The translations under genes were made by a program, and so were the position numbers. A DNA stretch of 64,000 nucleotides, from positions 327,614 to 391,613 of the forward strand of contig CAWGJO010000021.1 of assembly GCA_963822945.1 (NCBI GenBank), written 5' to 3'. The first letter of the stretch is position 1; each line of letters opens with the position of its first letter. Below are positions 30,142 to 39,220 of the stretch, piece after piece. The notes beneath the pieces were generated by a model. That model had not been told where the DNA came from. It worked only from the letters and a program-made list of their open reading frames with translations, and made no database searches. The stretch comes from an uncultured Gemmatimonadaceae bacterium. Lineage in GTDB: Bacteria; Gemmatimonadota; Gemmatimonadetes; Gemmatimonadales; Gemmatimonadaceae.

Positions 30142-32015
30142 CTAGAGCGAGACGAGCCGCAGCCGCCGGCGGCCATCGGGCAGCGGGGGCAGCACCACGC
30201 TGCCGGAGCTCTCCGGAAGCGGGAGCTTCTGGTTCTTGGCGTACACCGGGTGCTTGCCGTGCTCCTTGAACCACTCGGCGACGCTCGCCGTGCGGTGGAT
30301 CTTCTCCACGATCTGCCGCCAGCCCACGCCGGTGTTGTAGGCGCAGAAGCTGATCTCCCCCATCTGCGTGCCGTACGGGATGATGCACATCTCGGTGCGC
30401 CGGAAGTCGTAGTTGAACAGATCCTGAAACCACATCCCGGCCACGAATAGAAAGCGCCACTCGAAAGCGTCGGCGTCGCCTTCGCTGGCGCCAATCGCAT
30501 CCCCCTTGGCTCCCATCTGGCTCAGCACCTGACGAACCATCTCCGTGAGGCCGTAACCCTCCGGTGCTCGTTCAGGATGGAAGTTCCTGAGCAACGCCAG
30601 CGCCAGAGCCGCCATCGTGATGGGCTTTTCCCGGCCGGCGTCCGCGACTTCCTGCAGATCCCTGAGCAGCTGATCCACGTCCACGAACTGACTCACCGGC
30701 ACCCAGCGCTTGGTCTTCTTGTGAACCAACAGCACGGTTCCGATGCCGCAGTTGGGATGACAGCCGCACTTGAGGGCCCCGAACTCCGCGCTTTGCCCCA
30801 GCAGGTGGTCCACCACGTCGCTGAAGGGGTTCATGGCCGAAAGCGGAAACCAGTCTCTCAGCGGTTCCGTCGCGCCCAGCTGTCCCTTCACGTCGTGGGC
30901 CAGGTGGCTCAGGGTGTAGCGCTGAGCTTTTCGCACCTCGTCGCTGACGTCCTCGTCCCGGCCCGTGAAGCTCACCGGCTGAAACGACACCACCGTGATC
31001 TTGTCGGCGTTGTCGATGGCGAACTGGACGATGGGCCCCACCTGGTCGTTGTTCACGCCGTTCACGATAGTGACGACCAGCACCACGTCGATGCCCGCTG
31101 CGTGCAGGTTCTCGATGGCGCGAAGCTTCACATCGAACAGATTGCCCACCTTGCGGTGACTATTCGCCTCGTTGGTGACCCCGTCGAACTGCAGGTACGC
31201 CAGCCTCAGCCCGGCGCGCTTGGCCTCCTGGCAAAACTCCGGCTCTTGCGCGAAGCGGATACCGTTGGTGGCGCACTGCACGCAGAAGTAGCCGATGTCC
31301 CGCGCGTAGCTCACCGCCCGAAGGAAATGGGGCTCAGGGTGGGCTCGCCACCGGAGAACTGCACGCTGAGCTGCCGCCGCGGCTTCACACCGAGGGAGTC
31401 GTCCAGGATCTGCTGGATGTCCTCCCACTCGAGCTCGTGCACGTAGCCCACCTGGTTGGCATCCATGAAGCACGGGTCGCACATCATGTTGCAGCGATTG
31501 GTGAGGTCCACCGTCAGCACGGAGCCGCGGCCGTACTTCACGCTGGAGCTGCCGTGTTCCCTGAGGGAGGTCTTGGGCGCCAGATAGTCCCGACCCGGAA
31601 ACAGCTCCTCGATGCGGGCGAGGAAAGCGGGGTCGATGCTCATCACGTCTTCGAAGGGGCCGTGCTTCTCGCACTTCTTCTGCATCACGATGTGACCGTC
31701 ACGCTCCACGATGTGCGCCTTGATCTCGCCGGAGTGGTCCATCAGTGCGCCCAGGTTCGCTCGCCCCGACAGCACGGCCTTGCGCACTTCCTTCACGCAT
31801 TCGGGGCACAGCGAGTCCGTCTGCCGCGGCCAGCCGAGCTTCGGGAAGGTTCGCTCCTGTTTTCGAATCAGTGGCGCGGGAGCCCACTTCGGTTGCACCC
31901 GTGCGCCCGGAAAGCGCTCGCCCAGAGCGCGCACCAACGGCCAGGCGGCACGGGCGCTCTTGGTGAGCAGCTTCTCGGCGAGCACGGGCAGCCCAGAGCG
32001 CGAGGTCACCTGCAT
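30142..32015 (-). CDS. tes: Radical SAM protein of the tetraether lipid synthase (Tes / GDGT-MAS, MJ0619-like) family; frameshift at 31329-31332
   Basis: SLCPEC and KKCEKHG metal site; DLTNRCNMMCDPCF; QFSGGEPT; ATNGI; YLQFDG; FQPVSFTGR; CHPNCG; MWFQDLFNYD..R..C.I; ISFCAYN. Adding one C to a C run joins the two ORFs (GGEPTLSP-HFLRAV). Confidence 0.8.
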
Positions 32016-32083
32016 AGGCGGCTCACAATAGCGGCCACGCGCCGCGGGTAAAGAGGTGAAACGCCCCGCCTATCGCAGCGAGC

Positions 32084-32104
32084 CGATTCCGCGGCGAACC
32101 AACA
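32084..32104 (+). repeat. Dispersed ~22-bp repeat, copy F (degenerate)
   Basis: CGATTCCGCGGCGAACCAACA, 18/21 identical to copy C. Confidence 0.65.
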
Positions 32105-32112
32105 TCATTCGA

Positions 32113-32454
32113 CTACAAGCTTTTGGCCTTGATGATGAGATAGCGGAGGGGCTCGGAGGGCGACAGGTTCTCGATGGAAAGGGTCTCGCCCAGCGGCAAG
32201 AAGACTGCCGTCCCCGCGCCCAGGGCGACCGCCTTGCCGGAAACCAGCGCCTGCCCGCGACCTTCGATCACGATGACGCTCTCCGGGTACTCCGTTTGCA
32301 CGTGCTCACCCACACGTCCACCCGGCTCCAGCTCGCAGGCGAGCAGTGCGGTGAACGGCTCCATCGGCGTGAGCGCCAGACTCCACACGCGTACCGCCTT
32401 TGCCCCACCGAACAGCGCCTCGCGGCAATCGTGACTCGCGGATCGATCCCACAT
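32113..32454 (-). CDS. Cupin-domain protein
   Basis: LEPGGRVGEH...E..IVIEGRG...LGAG..VFLP..N. Confidence 0.75.
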   Translation of the reverse strand: MWDRSASHDCREALFGGAKAVRVWSLALTPMEPFTALLACELEPGGRVGEHVQTEYPESVIVIEGRGQALVSGKAVALGAGTAVFLPLGETLSIENLSPSEPLRYLIIKAKSL

Positions 32455-32461
32455 CCGTGCC

Positions 32462-33112
32462 TCAGGGTGCGCCACATAGCGAGTACGGCGGCGCTTCCAG
32501 CACCGCACAGGCTTCTTCGCCGGTGACGCAGGCGTCGGCGATGCAGACTCGCGCGACAACCGCGCCGCCGCAGCAACACACCTCAGGACAAGTCGCCTCG
32601 GCGCCACACACGAGCTCGCCCAACCCGAGCTCGGTACCGGGCTGACACGCACACTGCGGCCAGGCGTAGGTCAGGGTGTACGGGCGCTGATCGGACGTCG
32701 TGCCTAGCCCCGTCAGGCCGCCCGCCAGATCGCACTCGGTGCCGTCGCACGAATCCCAAACCGTGCGCTCTGCATCGCAGCCCTGGATGTCTTCCATCGT
32801 GCTGCCGTTGCAAGTCAGATTCGCGGTTTTGATCAGGCACGCCGCGTAGCGATTCCATTCCTCCGTGCAGCCGTCCATGACCGCCAAGGATTGAGCCTGG
32901 TGGCAGCTGTCCAGGCAGCCGCCCGGTCCCTGCTGAGTCGCGCCCCCAGCCCCCACGCTGGTCGAAAGCTCACAGCCCTTGGCCTGCAGTTGCTGGCACA
33001 AGCTCGAGCAATCGACGGGCTCATCCGGCGCGTCGCTACTGCAGCCCGGCGCCAAGCCGACGGTCCCAAAAATGATGCCCAAGGTGGCTACGACGTCTTT
33101 CGGTCGTCTCAT
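32462..33112 (-). CDS. Cys-rich hypothetical lipoprotein
   Basis: Signal ending APGC; many spaced Cys. Confidence 0.7.
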   Translation of the reverse strand: MRRPKDVVATLGIIFGTVGLAPGCSSDAPDEPVDCSSLCQQLQAKGCELSTSVGAGGATQQGPGGCLDSCHQAQSLAVMDGCTEEWNRYAACLIKTANLTCNGSTMEDIQGCDAERTVWDSCDGTECDLAGGLTGLGTTSDQRPYTLTYAWPQCACQPGTELGLGELVCGAEATCPEVCCCGGAVVARVCIADACVTGEEACAVLEAPPYSLCGAP

Positions 33113-33170
33113 GTTCGACCCCCGCACTGAGCTTACAACACCCACGGCCTTTGTCCGACGCCCTGGGCCC

Positions 33171-34754
33171 CTACGGTTCGTCGCCTTCCAGCAATACGCC
33201 GGAGCTGAGCTCGCTCACCTTGCTGAATCGCTCCACCAGCCGCTTCATGAGAGCCGCTTCATCCGCCACGAAGACGAAGGCCACCGGAGCCGTTGCTCGC
33301 GCCACCACGAAGGCGCCGGGCTTCTTGGCGCGAGCGAGCACCGCGGTCACGGTATCTTCGCCAACCGCAGCACGATACCCCGAAAGGTTTTCGAGATCCG
33401 CCCGCCGGAGCATGATGACCCGCGTCCAGCGCGCTCTACTTTCCAGAATATTGTTGGTCCGGCGCGGAACCACACTGCTCTCGCTGACCGTCATCGGCGA
33501 ATGGGCAATTTCGCCGAGAGCCTCGTAAGCGCTCTCCAAACTGGGCTGGTACAGGCAGACCCAGGGGCGGAGGTACGCGCGCGGCGGCAGCCCGTGAGGG
33601 AAGGACTCGTGCACCAACGCCAGGTAGGTCTGGAACAACTCGTCGCTGAACAGGCCGCCCTCGTTGTCCAGCAGCGCCGGCAGCCGTGGGAGCAACTTGC
33701 GCGCGACGGGATCGATGAATTCGTCGGAGTACAGCCCGTAGGGACGCGCGAGACGGCGCTGAAGCTCTTTGCTATCGAGCTTTTCCAGCACCATGCCGTT
33801 GCCGAAGGCTGCCGCCAGGGATTCGTCGAGCAGACCCCAGGCCGGGTACGCCAGCGGGTCGTCGCTTTCGGCAAAGCGATTGGCGAGACGAGCTGCGTCC
33901 TGCCGTTTGGCGGTGGCGAAGAAGAAGTGAAACAACTCGTGCATCACGACGGCGAGCCGCGGGTCGGCCTTTTCCCCGGGGACGATCTCCACGAACGAAA
34001 CGCGGCCGCGGTTCTGCCCGTAGGACGCCGAATCGTGCTTCGGTCGCGAAAGCAGCTCGAACGTCAGCTCCGTGTGGGGCGGCAAGTCGCTGCCGTAGAA
34101 TGCAGCCACGCGCTCCACCAGCGCGTCGAGTTGGGCGCTGCGGATGCGCTCGGCAAGCTCGCTGGCTTGGGCGGCGAGGGTGGCGTCCTTTTTCTCGTAG
34201 GCCCGCGCGTAGCGTGCGGAAAAGCGCGCGATGATGGCGGCCGACTCGTGCACGTCGGCGGGCTCCATGAACAGTCCGACGGTGCTCGGGTAGCGCTCGG
34301 GCCCGGCGGCGGCATAGGCGGCGAGACGGATGTGGGCTTCTACACCGGTAGCACCGCGGGGGATCGGGAGCTCGGGCTCCTCTACGCCGGACTGAATCTC
34401 TATGCGACCCTGGTAGCGGTAGCGAATGGATCGCCAGCGCGCGATCGCCGCTCGATCAGCCTTGCTCAGCCCGCCCAGCTGCTGCGCCCACTCGAGCTCG
34501 TACGCCGCGACGGAGCAGGGCATCAGGTGCGCGAGGCAGTCGAGCTGATACAGCAGATTCGACCAGCGGGAAGCACGGAAGACGAAGCTCAGACGCTTGC
34601 CATCGACGCGAGCTTCGTGCGCAGGCCCCGCAACCGATGCATCGTTCGGAGCCGTCGACGCGGTCGTCGGGCAGGGTGCCGCTGCCTGCCGCGCCGAGCC
34701 ACTGCAGCCCAACGCCACGAGGGCGACCAAGGAGATTCCGCGACGAACCGACAT
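33171..34754 (-). CDS. Hypothetical lipoprotein with HExxH zinc-peptidase motif
   Basis: Lipobox ALGC; VVMHELFH and downstream LLDESLA (possible gluzincin third ligand). Confidence 0.65.
   Translation of the reverse strand: MSVRRGISLVALVALGCSGSARQAAAPCPTTASTAPNDASVAGPAHEARVDGKRLSFVFRASRWSNLLYQLDCLAHLMPCSVAAYELEWAQQLGGLSKADRAAIARWRSIRYRYQGRIEIQSGVEEPELPIPRGATGVEAHIRLAAYAAAGPERYPSTVGLFMEPADVHESAAIIARFSARYARAYEKKDATLAAQASELAERIRSAQLDALVERVAAFYGSDLPPHTELTFELLSRPKHDSASYGQNRGRVSFVEIVPGEKADPRLAVVMHELFHFFFATAKRQDAARLANRFAESDDPLAYPAWGLLDESLAAAFGNGMVLEKLDSKELQRRLARPYGLYSDEFIDPVARKLLPRLPALLDNEGGLFSDELFQTYLALVHESFPHGLPPRAYLRPWVCLYQPSLESAYEALGEIAHSPMTVSESSVVPRRTNNILESRARWTRVIMLRRADLENLSGYRAAVGEDTVTAVLARAKKPGAFVVARATAPVAFVFVADEAALMKRLVERFSKVSELSSGVLLEGDEP
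33451..33471 (-). repeat. Dispersed ~22-bp repeat, copy D (inside CDS)
   Basis: TTGTTGGTCCGGCGCGGAACC, identical to copy C over 21 nt; read as VPRRTN in the host ORF. Confidence 0.8.
34734..34753 (+). repeat. Dispersed ~22-bp repeat, copy G (overlaps start of CDS 33171..34754)
   Basis: GATTCCGCGACGAACCGACA. Confidence 0.6.
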
Positions 34755-34818
34755 CAGGTCGGGTCACTTTATAGCGAACGCGGCGGCGCGACGAGCCGAG
34801 TGCTATTGTCACCTGACG

Positions 34819-35373
34819 ATGGGCCGGGCAGTACTATGGGTCGCGCTCTCGATCATTCTCTCGGCGAGCAGCGCGCGGGCAGCCGCGGGCGGCAACCAAC
34901 GTGCGAGAGTGTCGGCGCACGGCGCGCAGGCGAAGCGAGCTTCCGCGCCGCACAAGCGAAAGACGGCATCGAAGGCCGCGGCGCGGCGCCCGCACGAGAA
35001 GCAGAGTGCGGCCGCCATGAAGCGTGCCGCCGCCAAGCGACATGCCGCCGCCAAGCGACATGCCGCCGCCAAGCGACATGCCGCCGCCAAGCGACATGCC
35101 GCCGCCATGAAGCGTGCCGCCGCCAAAAAGCGCGCCGCCGCCATGAAGCGTGCAGCCGCCAAGAAGCGTGCCGCCGCCAAGCGACATGCCGCCGCCAAGC
35201 GACATGCAGCCGCCAAGAAGCGTGCAGCCGCCAAGAAACGCGCCGCCGCCAGGGAGCGCGCAGCGGCCAGGCGGCGCGCAGCCGCCAAGAAGCGCGCCGA
35301 CGCTCGGAAGAAGGCGCGCGCGAAAAAACGGAAGGCAAAGAAGGAGCACAATCGGCCGAAGCGCCGGAGCTGA
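34819..35373 (+). CDS. Highly basic Ala/Lys/Arg-rich repeat protein (histone H1-like composition) with signal peptide
   Basis: MGRAVLWVALSIILSASSARA, then (AAAKRH / AAAKKR / AAAMKR)n. Confidence 0.6.
   Translation: MGRAVLWVALSIILSASSARAAAGGNQRARVSAHGAQAKRASAPHKRKTASKAAARRPHEKQSAAAMKRAAAKRHAAAKRHAAAKRHAAAKRHAAAMKRAAAKKRAAAMKRAAAKKRAAAKRHAAAKRHAAAKKRAAAKKRAAARERAAARRRAAAKKRADARKKARAKKRKAKKEHNRPKRRS
35009..35298 (+). repeat. Imperfect 18-nt coding tandem repeat (GCCGCCGCCAAGCGACAT)
   Basis: About 15 consecutive 6-codon units visible in the DNA. Confidence 0.85.
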
Positions 35374-35406
35374 CTCCTCCTGGCAGTCTCGTGCGATAAT
35401 GCCCGC

Positions 35407-35964
35407 ATGCGGGTGAAGGGAACTGCGTATCACGCGCGGCTCAATCTGCTGCGCAGCAAGTGGGGGGAGGAAAAAGTGGAGGCGTTTCTGACGCGGTTCC
35501 ACGAGGAGCACCCGTCGTTTCCCAGGAAGGTGCTGGCCACGACCTGGATGCCAGCAGAGGAATTCCTGCAACTGAACGACGCCATCGTCGACGAGGTCTA
35601 CGGCGGCGATATGGAGTCGCTCTGGGAGCTGGGGGAGGCGAGCGCTGCGTGGACGTTGAAGGACGGCCCCTACAAGAACCTATTGGTGACCAAAGACACA
35701 CGGCGGTTCGCCAGCATGGCACCGGCGATGTACGCCAACTTTTTCGATACCGGCGCAGCCCGCTCGGCGTACTCGGACACCCGCGTGGATCTTTGGATCG
35801 ACGGGATCCCGGAGCCGCTGCGTCACCTGTACTTCGAGTACTCGGTGGTCGGCTATTTCCGACGCGGGCTGGAGCTGCTCGGCGAGGACGTGCGCGCCGA
35901 GTGTGTGGAGGGATTCTCCAAAGGCGACCCGCGGGCGTACTACAAGCTCCACCTCGGCGGGTGA
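35407..35964 (+). CDS. Myxobacterial hypothetical protein (DUF2378/TIGR02265-like)
   Basis: VKG, ATTWMP, ELG...A, YKNLL, FDTG pattern recalled from this family; tentative. Confidence 0.5.
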   Translation: MRVKGTAYHARLNLLRSKWGEEKVEAFLTRFHEEHPSFPRKVLATTWMPAEEFLQLNDAIVDEVYGGDMESLWELGEASAAWTLKDGPYKNLLVTKDTRRFASMAPAMYANFFDTGAARSAYSDTRVDLWIDGIPEPLRHLYFEYSVVGYFRRGLELLGEDVRAECVEGFSKGDPRAYYKLHLGG

Positions 35965-35974
35965 CGAGCGGGGG

Positions 35975-38324
35975 CTATTTCTTTTCGGCCTTCAGACGCG
36001 TCTGGATGGCCGAGGAAGCCTTGCGGAAAGCCGCCGCTTGTTTGGCGCACGGTGGTGGACACGGTGACCGCTTGCGCCGACCGCAACCGCGCTTCGAGCC
36101 GGTCGCCAGCGACAACAAAGCAGCAATCGTGCGGGTATCGCCCTCTTTGGACGCGCGCGCCAAGAGCGGCACCCGCGCCTCGCAGCTGGACGCGGTGCGC
36201 AACTCGTAGGCGATTTTCAGCTCCGGAGTGAAACGCGACTGCACGTCCTTGTCGTCCAGTCGCTCACGGGCCGAGCGCCTCAGGGTCTGGCTCGTGAGCA
36301 TCAAGTCGTAGAGCAGGTCCGGACCCACCTGGCCCATGCGCTGGGCCATCAGATCCAGCGCCTGGATCGACGACTCCGCCGGCCCCAAAGCAATCTTGAC
36401 CACCAACGTGGACAGATCTCGATCGAGTACGCGGCTGGGCGCGACGGTGAACAGATTGCCCAACACCTCGATGGTCTGGGTGTACGTCGCCGGGTCCCGC
36501 CCCAACGCACGGGCCAGCGGCTCGAGCACTGCCGGATCTTTGGGATAGCTCTTGCGCAGCTCCGCCAGAGCAGCGGGCCCCTTGGAAATGGCGTCGGCAA
36601 CCTGGTCGGTAGGTGCGCGCTGAATGATCACGCTGGCAGACGAGGGCGGAGCAACGCTGGCCTCCGGCGCGGCAGAGCCGGTGGCGGGGGCAGCCGGCAG
36701 CTCCGCGCCCGCGCTCGCAGAGGGGGCGGCCGAAGCCGAAGGCTCGGGGGCCAGCACTGGCCGCTGCGAGCGGGCGCGGCCGAAGCCGATCAACACGATC
36801 GCGGCCAAGGTCACGGTCCCGAACACGCCGGGGCCCGCCAGCAGGCGCCGCAGAAACCCGTTGCTGGAACTCGACAGAAGGCGCCTGCGCACGGCCATGC
36901 CCACGGCCGTGATCAGAGCGATGAAGAACAGGATCGGTCCCCAACCGGCCCAACCGGACAGATTGGGCGCCAGCGGAGCCGTGTTCAGGGCACGACCGAA
37001 TCCGTCGAACGCGCGCCCCAGCAGCGTAATGCCGCCGTACACGGCGAGCGCCATGATCAACGGGCCGCGCAGCCTGGGGATCAGCTCCACGATGCGCACG
37101 CTGTTGTTCCACAGCCGGCGACGGATGAAGCGGATGGTGAGCAGCAACGGCGTGATCAGCGTTCCGATCACCACGGCGAGAACCAGGATGAACTCCGTGG
37201 CGGAAAGCTGCCGCCCGCCCCAGAACAGGTCTTGCAGCCCAACGATGGTCGTCACCAGGCCGAGCAGGCCCAAAAGCACGGCCAGCACCAGCAATAGCGC
37301 CAGCTCCACGCGTGCGGTGCTCACGTCGACGTCGTCGGCGCTCGAGCCCACCCGTGACATGAGCGCGCCGCGGGGCGGGCGGGCGCCGGATTCCAAGCGG
37401 CTGTAGCTGTCGAACAGCTCCAGTGCCGCATCCAGCTCCGCCATGAACTGGTAGCGGTCCGACGGCTCCCGGGCCATCGCCCGCTGCACCACCAGCTCCA
37501 GCTCTTCCGGCATGGTGGGCGCGTACTTGCGGGGCCGCTCCGCTTCCGAGCTCATCACGGCCAGCACGGTTTGCTGGGGAGACTCCTCGTTGAACGGGGC
37601 GCGTCCGGTCAGCGCCGTGTACAGAATGGCGCCCACTCCGTAGACATCCACGCGATGGTCAGCGCGTTCCCCCTTCGCCTGCTCCGGCGACATGTAGGCG
37701 GGCGTACCCATCACCAATCCGGTGCGGGTGACCGTGTTCCCCGTCACCTCCGTGAAACGCGACAGCCCGAAGTCCAGGACCTTCGCCTTGGGGCGATCCA
37801 GGGGGCCGACCAGGTAGATGTTCTCGGGCTTGAGAATCCCGGTGGATGACGCCGGCTTCGTGCGCCGCCTCGAGCGCGTGGCACACCTGCCGAGCGATGT
37901 ACACGGCGAGCTCAGGTGACAGTTGCCTCTGCTGCTCGATGAAGTCGCCGAGCTCGAGGCCCTCCAGGTACTGGTTGACGATGTAGGGGCGGCCGTCGGC
38001 CGTGTACCCGAAGTCGTGTACGCCGACCACGTTGGGATGGTCGATGCTGGCAGCGGCGTCGGCCTCGCGCTGGAAGCGAGTGCGCACCTCGGCGCTGGAT
38101 GCCATTTCCGCGCGCAGCACCTTGATGGCGTAGCGCTTGCCGGCGATGCGAGTGTGGTGCGCCTCGAACACCAGACCCATGCCGCCCTCGCCGAGCAGGC
38201 GGTGCAGGATGTAGGTATCCTGCAGTGTCGTGCCAAGCAGACTCGCCGCGGCCTCGTCGCGCTCCACGTCGACGAGTCCAGGGGTGTCCAGCTTGGTAGG
38301 TCTTTCGGGAGAGGAGCTCGCCAT
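35975..38324 (-). CDS. Membrane-associated Hanks-type Ser/Thr protein kinase; frameshift at 37835-37836
   Basis: LGEGGMG.V, AIK, HPNVV, IHRD | LKPEN, DFG, GTPAYMSPE, DVY; one extra base splits HRD from LKPEN; multi-TM C-half. Confidence 0.9.
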
Positions 38325-38419
38325 TACGTGCTGCGATTTGGCCCTAACGTGCTGGGCGCCGCGAGCCGCGAAGGGTCATCCTAGCTCCCTCGGCGGCCCG
38401 GGTCGACACGTCTCGAAAG

Positions 38420-39220
38420 CTAGCTTTTCGCGCGGGGCTTGACCCGAGTTCCGGCATGGAGCTTGGACTGAAAGCGATTCGTGCTGGTGACGAGGGAGGG
38501 AGAGGCGCCGGCCAGCCCAAGGGTTCTCAGGCGAGCGGCCATGGGGTGGTCGGAAGCGCCAATCTCCAGCCTCACGCTGCCGGATCCGTGAATGCGGATT
38601 GGCCCGCGTACGTCCACCGGCGTTCGGATCAGCTCGCCTTCGAGGAAGGTGTAGGTCGCGAGCGAGAGCGGCGGACCTGGGATGCCGCGACCGGCGTCAC
38701 CGTGGAGCCGAAGGATGCGGCGCTGGCCGTCGGGATCCATCACCGAGCTGTCGAAATGCCGCCCGGCGAGCTCGAAGGGGATGGACGTGACGAACTTTGG
38801 GTAGCCCCACAGCTCGCGGCCAGCCGCGTTCGCCAGGGGCGTGGTAACCGGCAGGTCCACGACGTACATCCCGATGCGGCGCGTGCGCGGCGAGCGCATC
38901 AGATCCAAAAGCCCCACCGCCGGCGGCGTCTCGCCCTCACGCAGCACCAAGAGGGCGGTGCCCACCTCGTTATACACACCGACGGAGGTATCGCGGTACT
39001 CGTAGAACGCAATGGCGCAGGCTGCGCGGTCGTGGCGCACCATTGCCGGCACCAAGTGCGTGCCTTCGAGCAGGCTCTCGGCGCCCCGCCGCGGCACCTC
39101 GAAGAACGCCACGACACACCGGACGTCGAAGTACAGGATGGGCAGGTCCACGAGCCCCGCGCTGGTCCGGTGGGTCGTCAAGGGAACCCGAAAGAAACGG
39201 TCTCGACTTGTCAATTTCAT
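38420..39220 (-). CDS. Acetoacetate decarboxylase-family protein
   Basis: FYEYRDTSVGVYNE, LPVT, GRELWGYPK. Confidence 0.82.
   Translation of the reverse strand: MKLTSRDRFFRVPLTTHRTSAGLVDLPILYFDVRCVVAFFEVPRRGAESLLEGTHLVPAMVRHDRAACAIAFYEYRDTSVGVYNEVGTALLVLREGETPPAVGLLDLMRSPRTRRIGMYVVDLPVTTPLANAAGRELWGYPKFVTSIPFELAGRHFDSSVMDPDGQRRILRLHGDAGRGIPGPPLSLATYTFLEGELIRTPVDVRGPIRIHGSGSVRLEIGASDHPMAARLRTLGLAGASPSLVTSTNRFQSKLHAGTRVKPRAKS

Noticed and set aside
27177..30269. 1030-aa plus-strand ORF
   Set aside because: Antisense shadow of the Hint lipoprotein and B12 radical SAM genes; no motifs; typical of high-GC DNA
35009..35298. CRISPR array
   Set aside because: Contiguous 18-nt in-frame units without unique spacers; no cas genes
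32979..35399. 806-aa plus-strand ORF with CRRQAT repeats
   Set aside because: Antisense to the HExxH lipoprotein and an alternative frame of the 18-nt repeat; no independent coding evidence
22380..37840. Programmed frameshifting or true pseudogenes in the phosphatase, Tes-like and kinase genes
   Set aside because: No slippery heptamers noticed, no additional decay in either half, and breaks lie in homopolymers or a recurring motif; sequencing error is more parsimonious, though unverified
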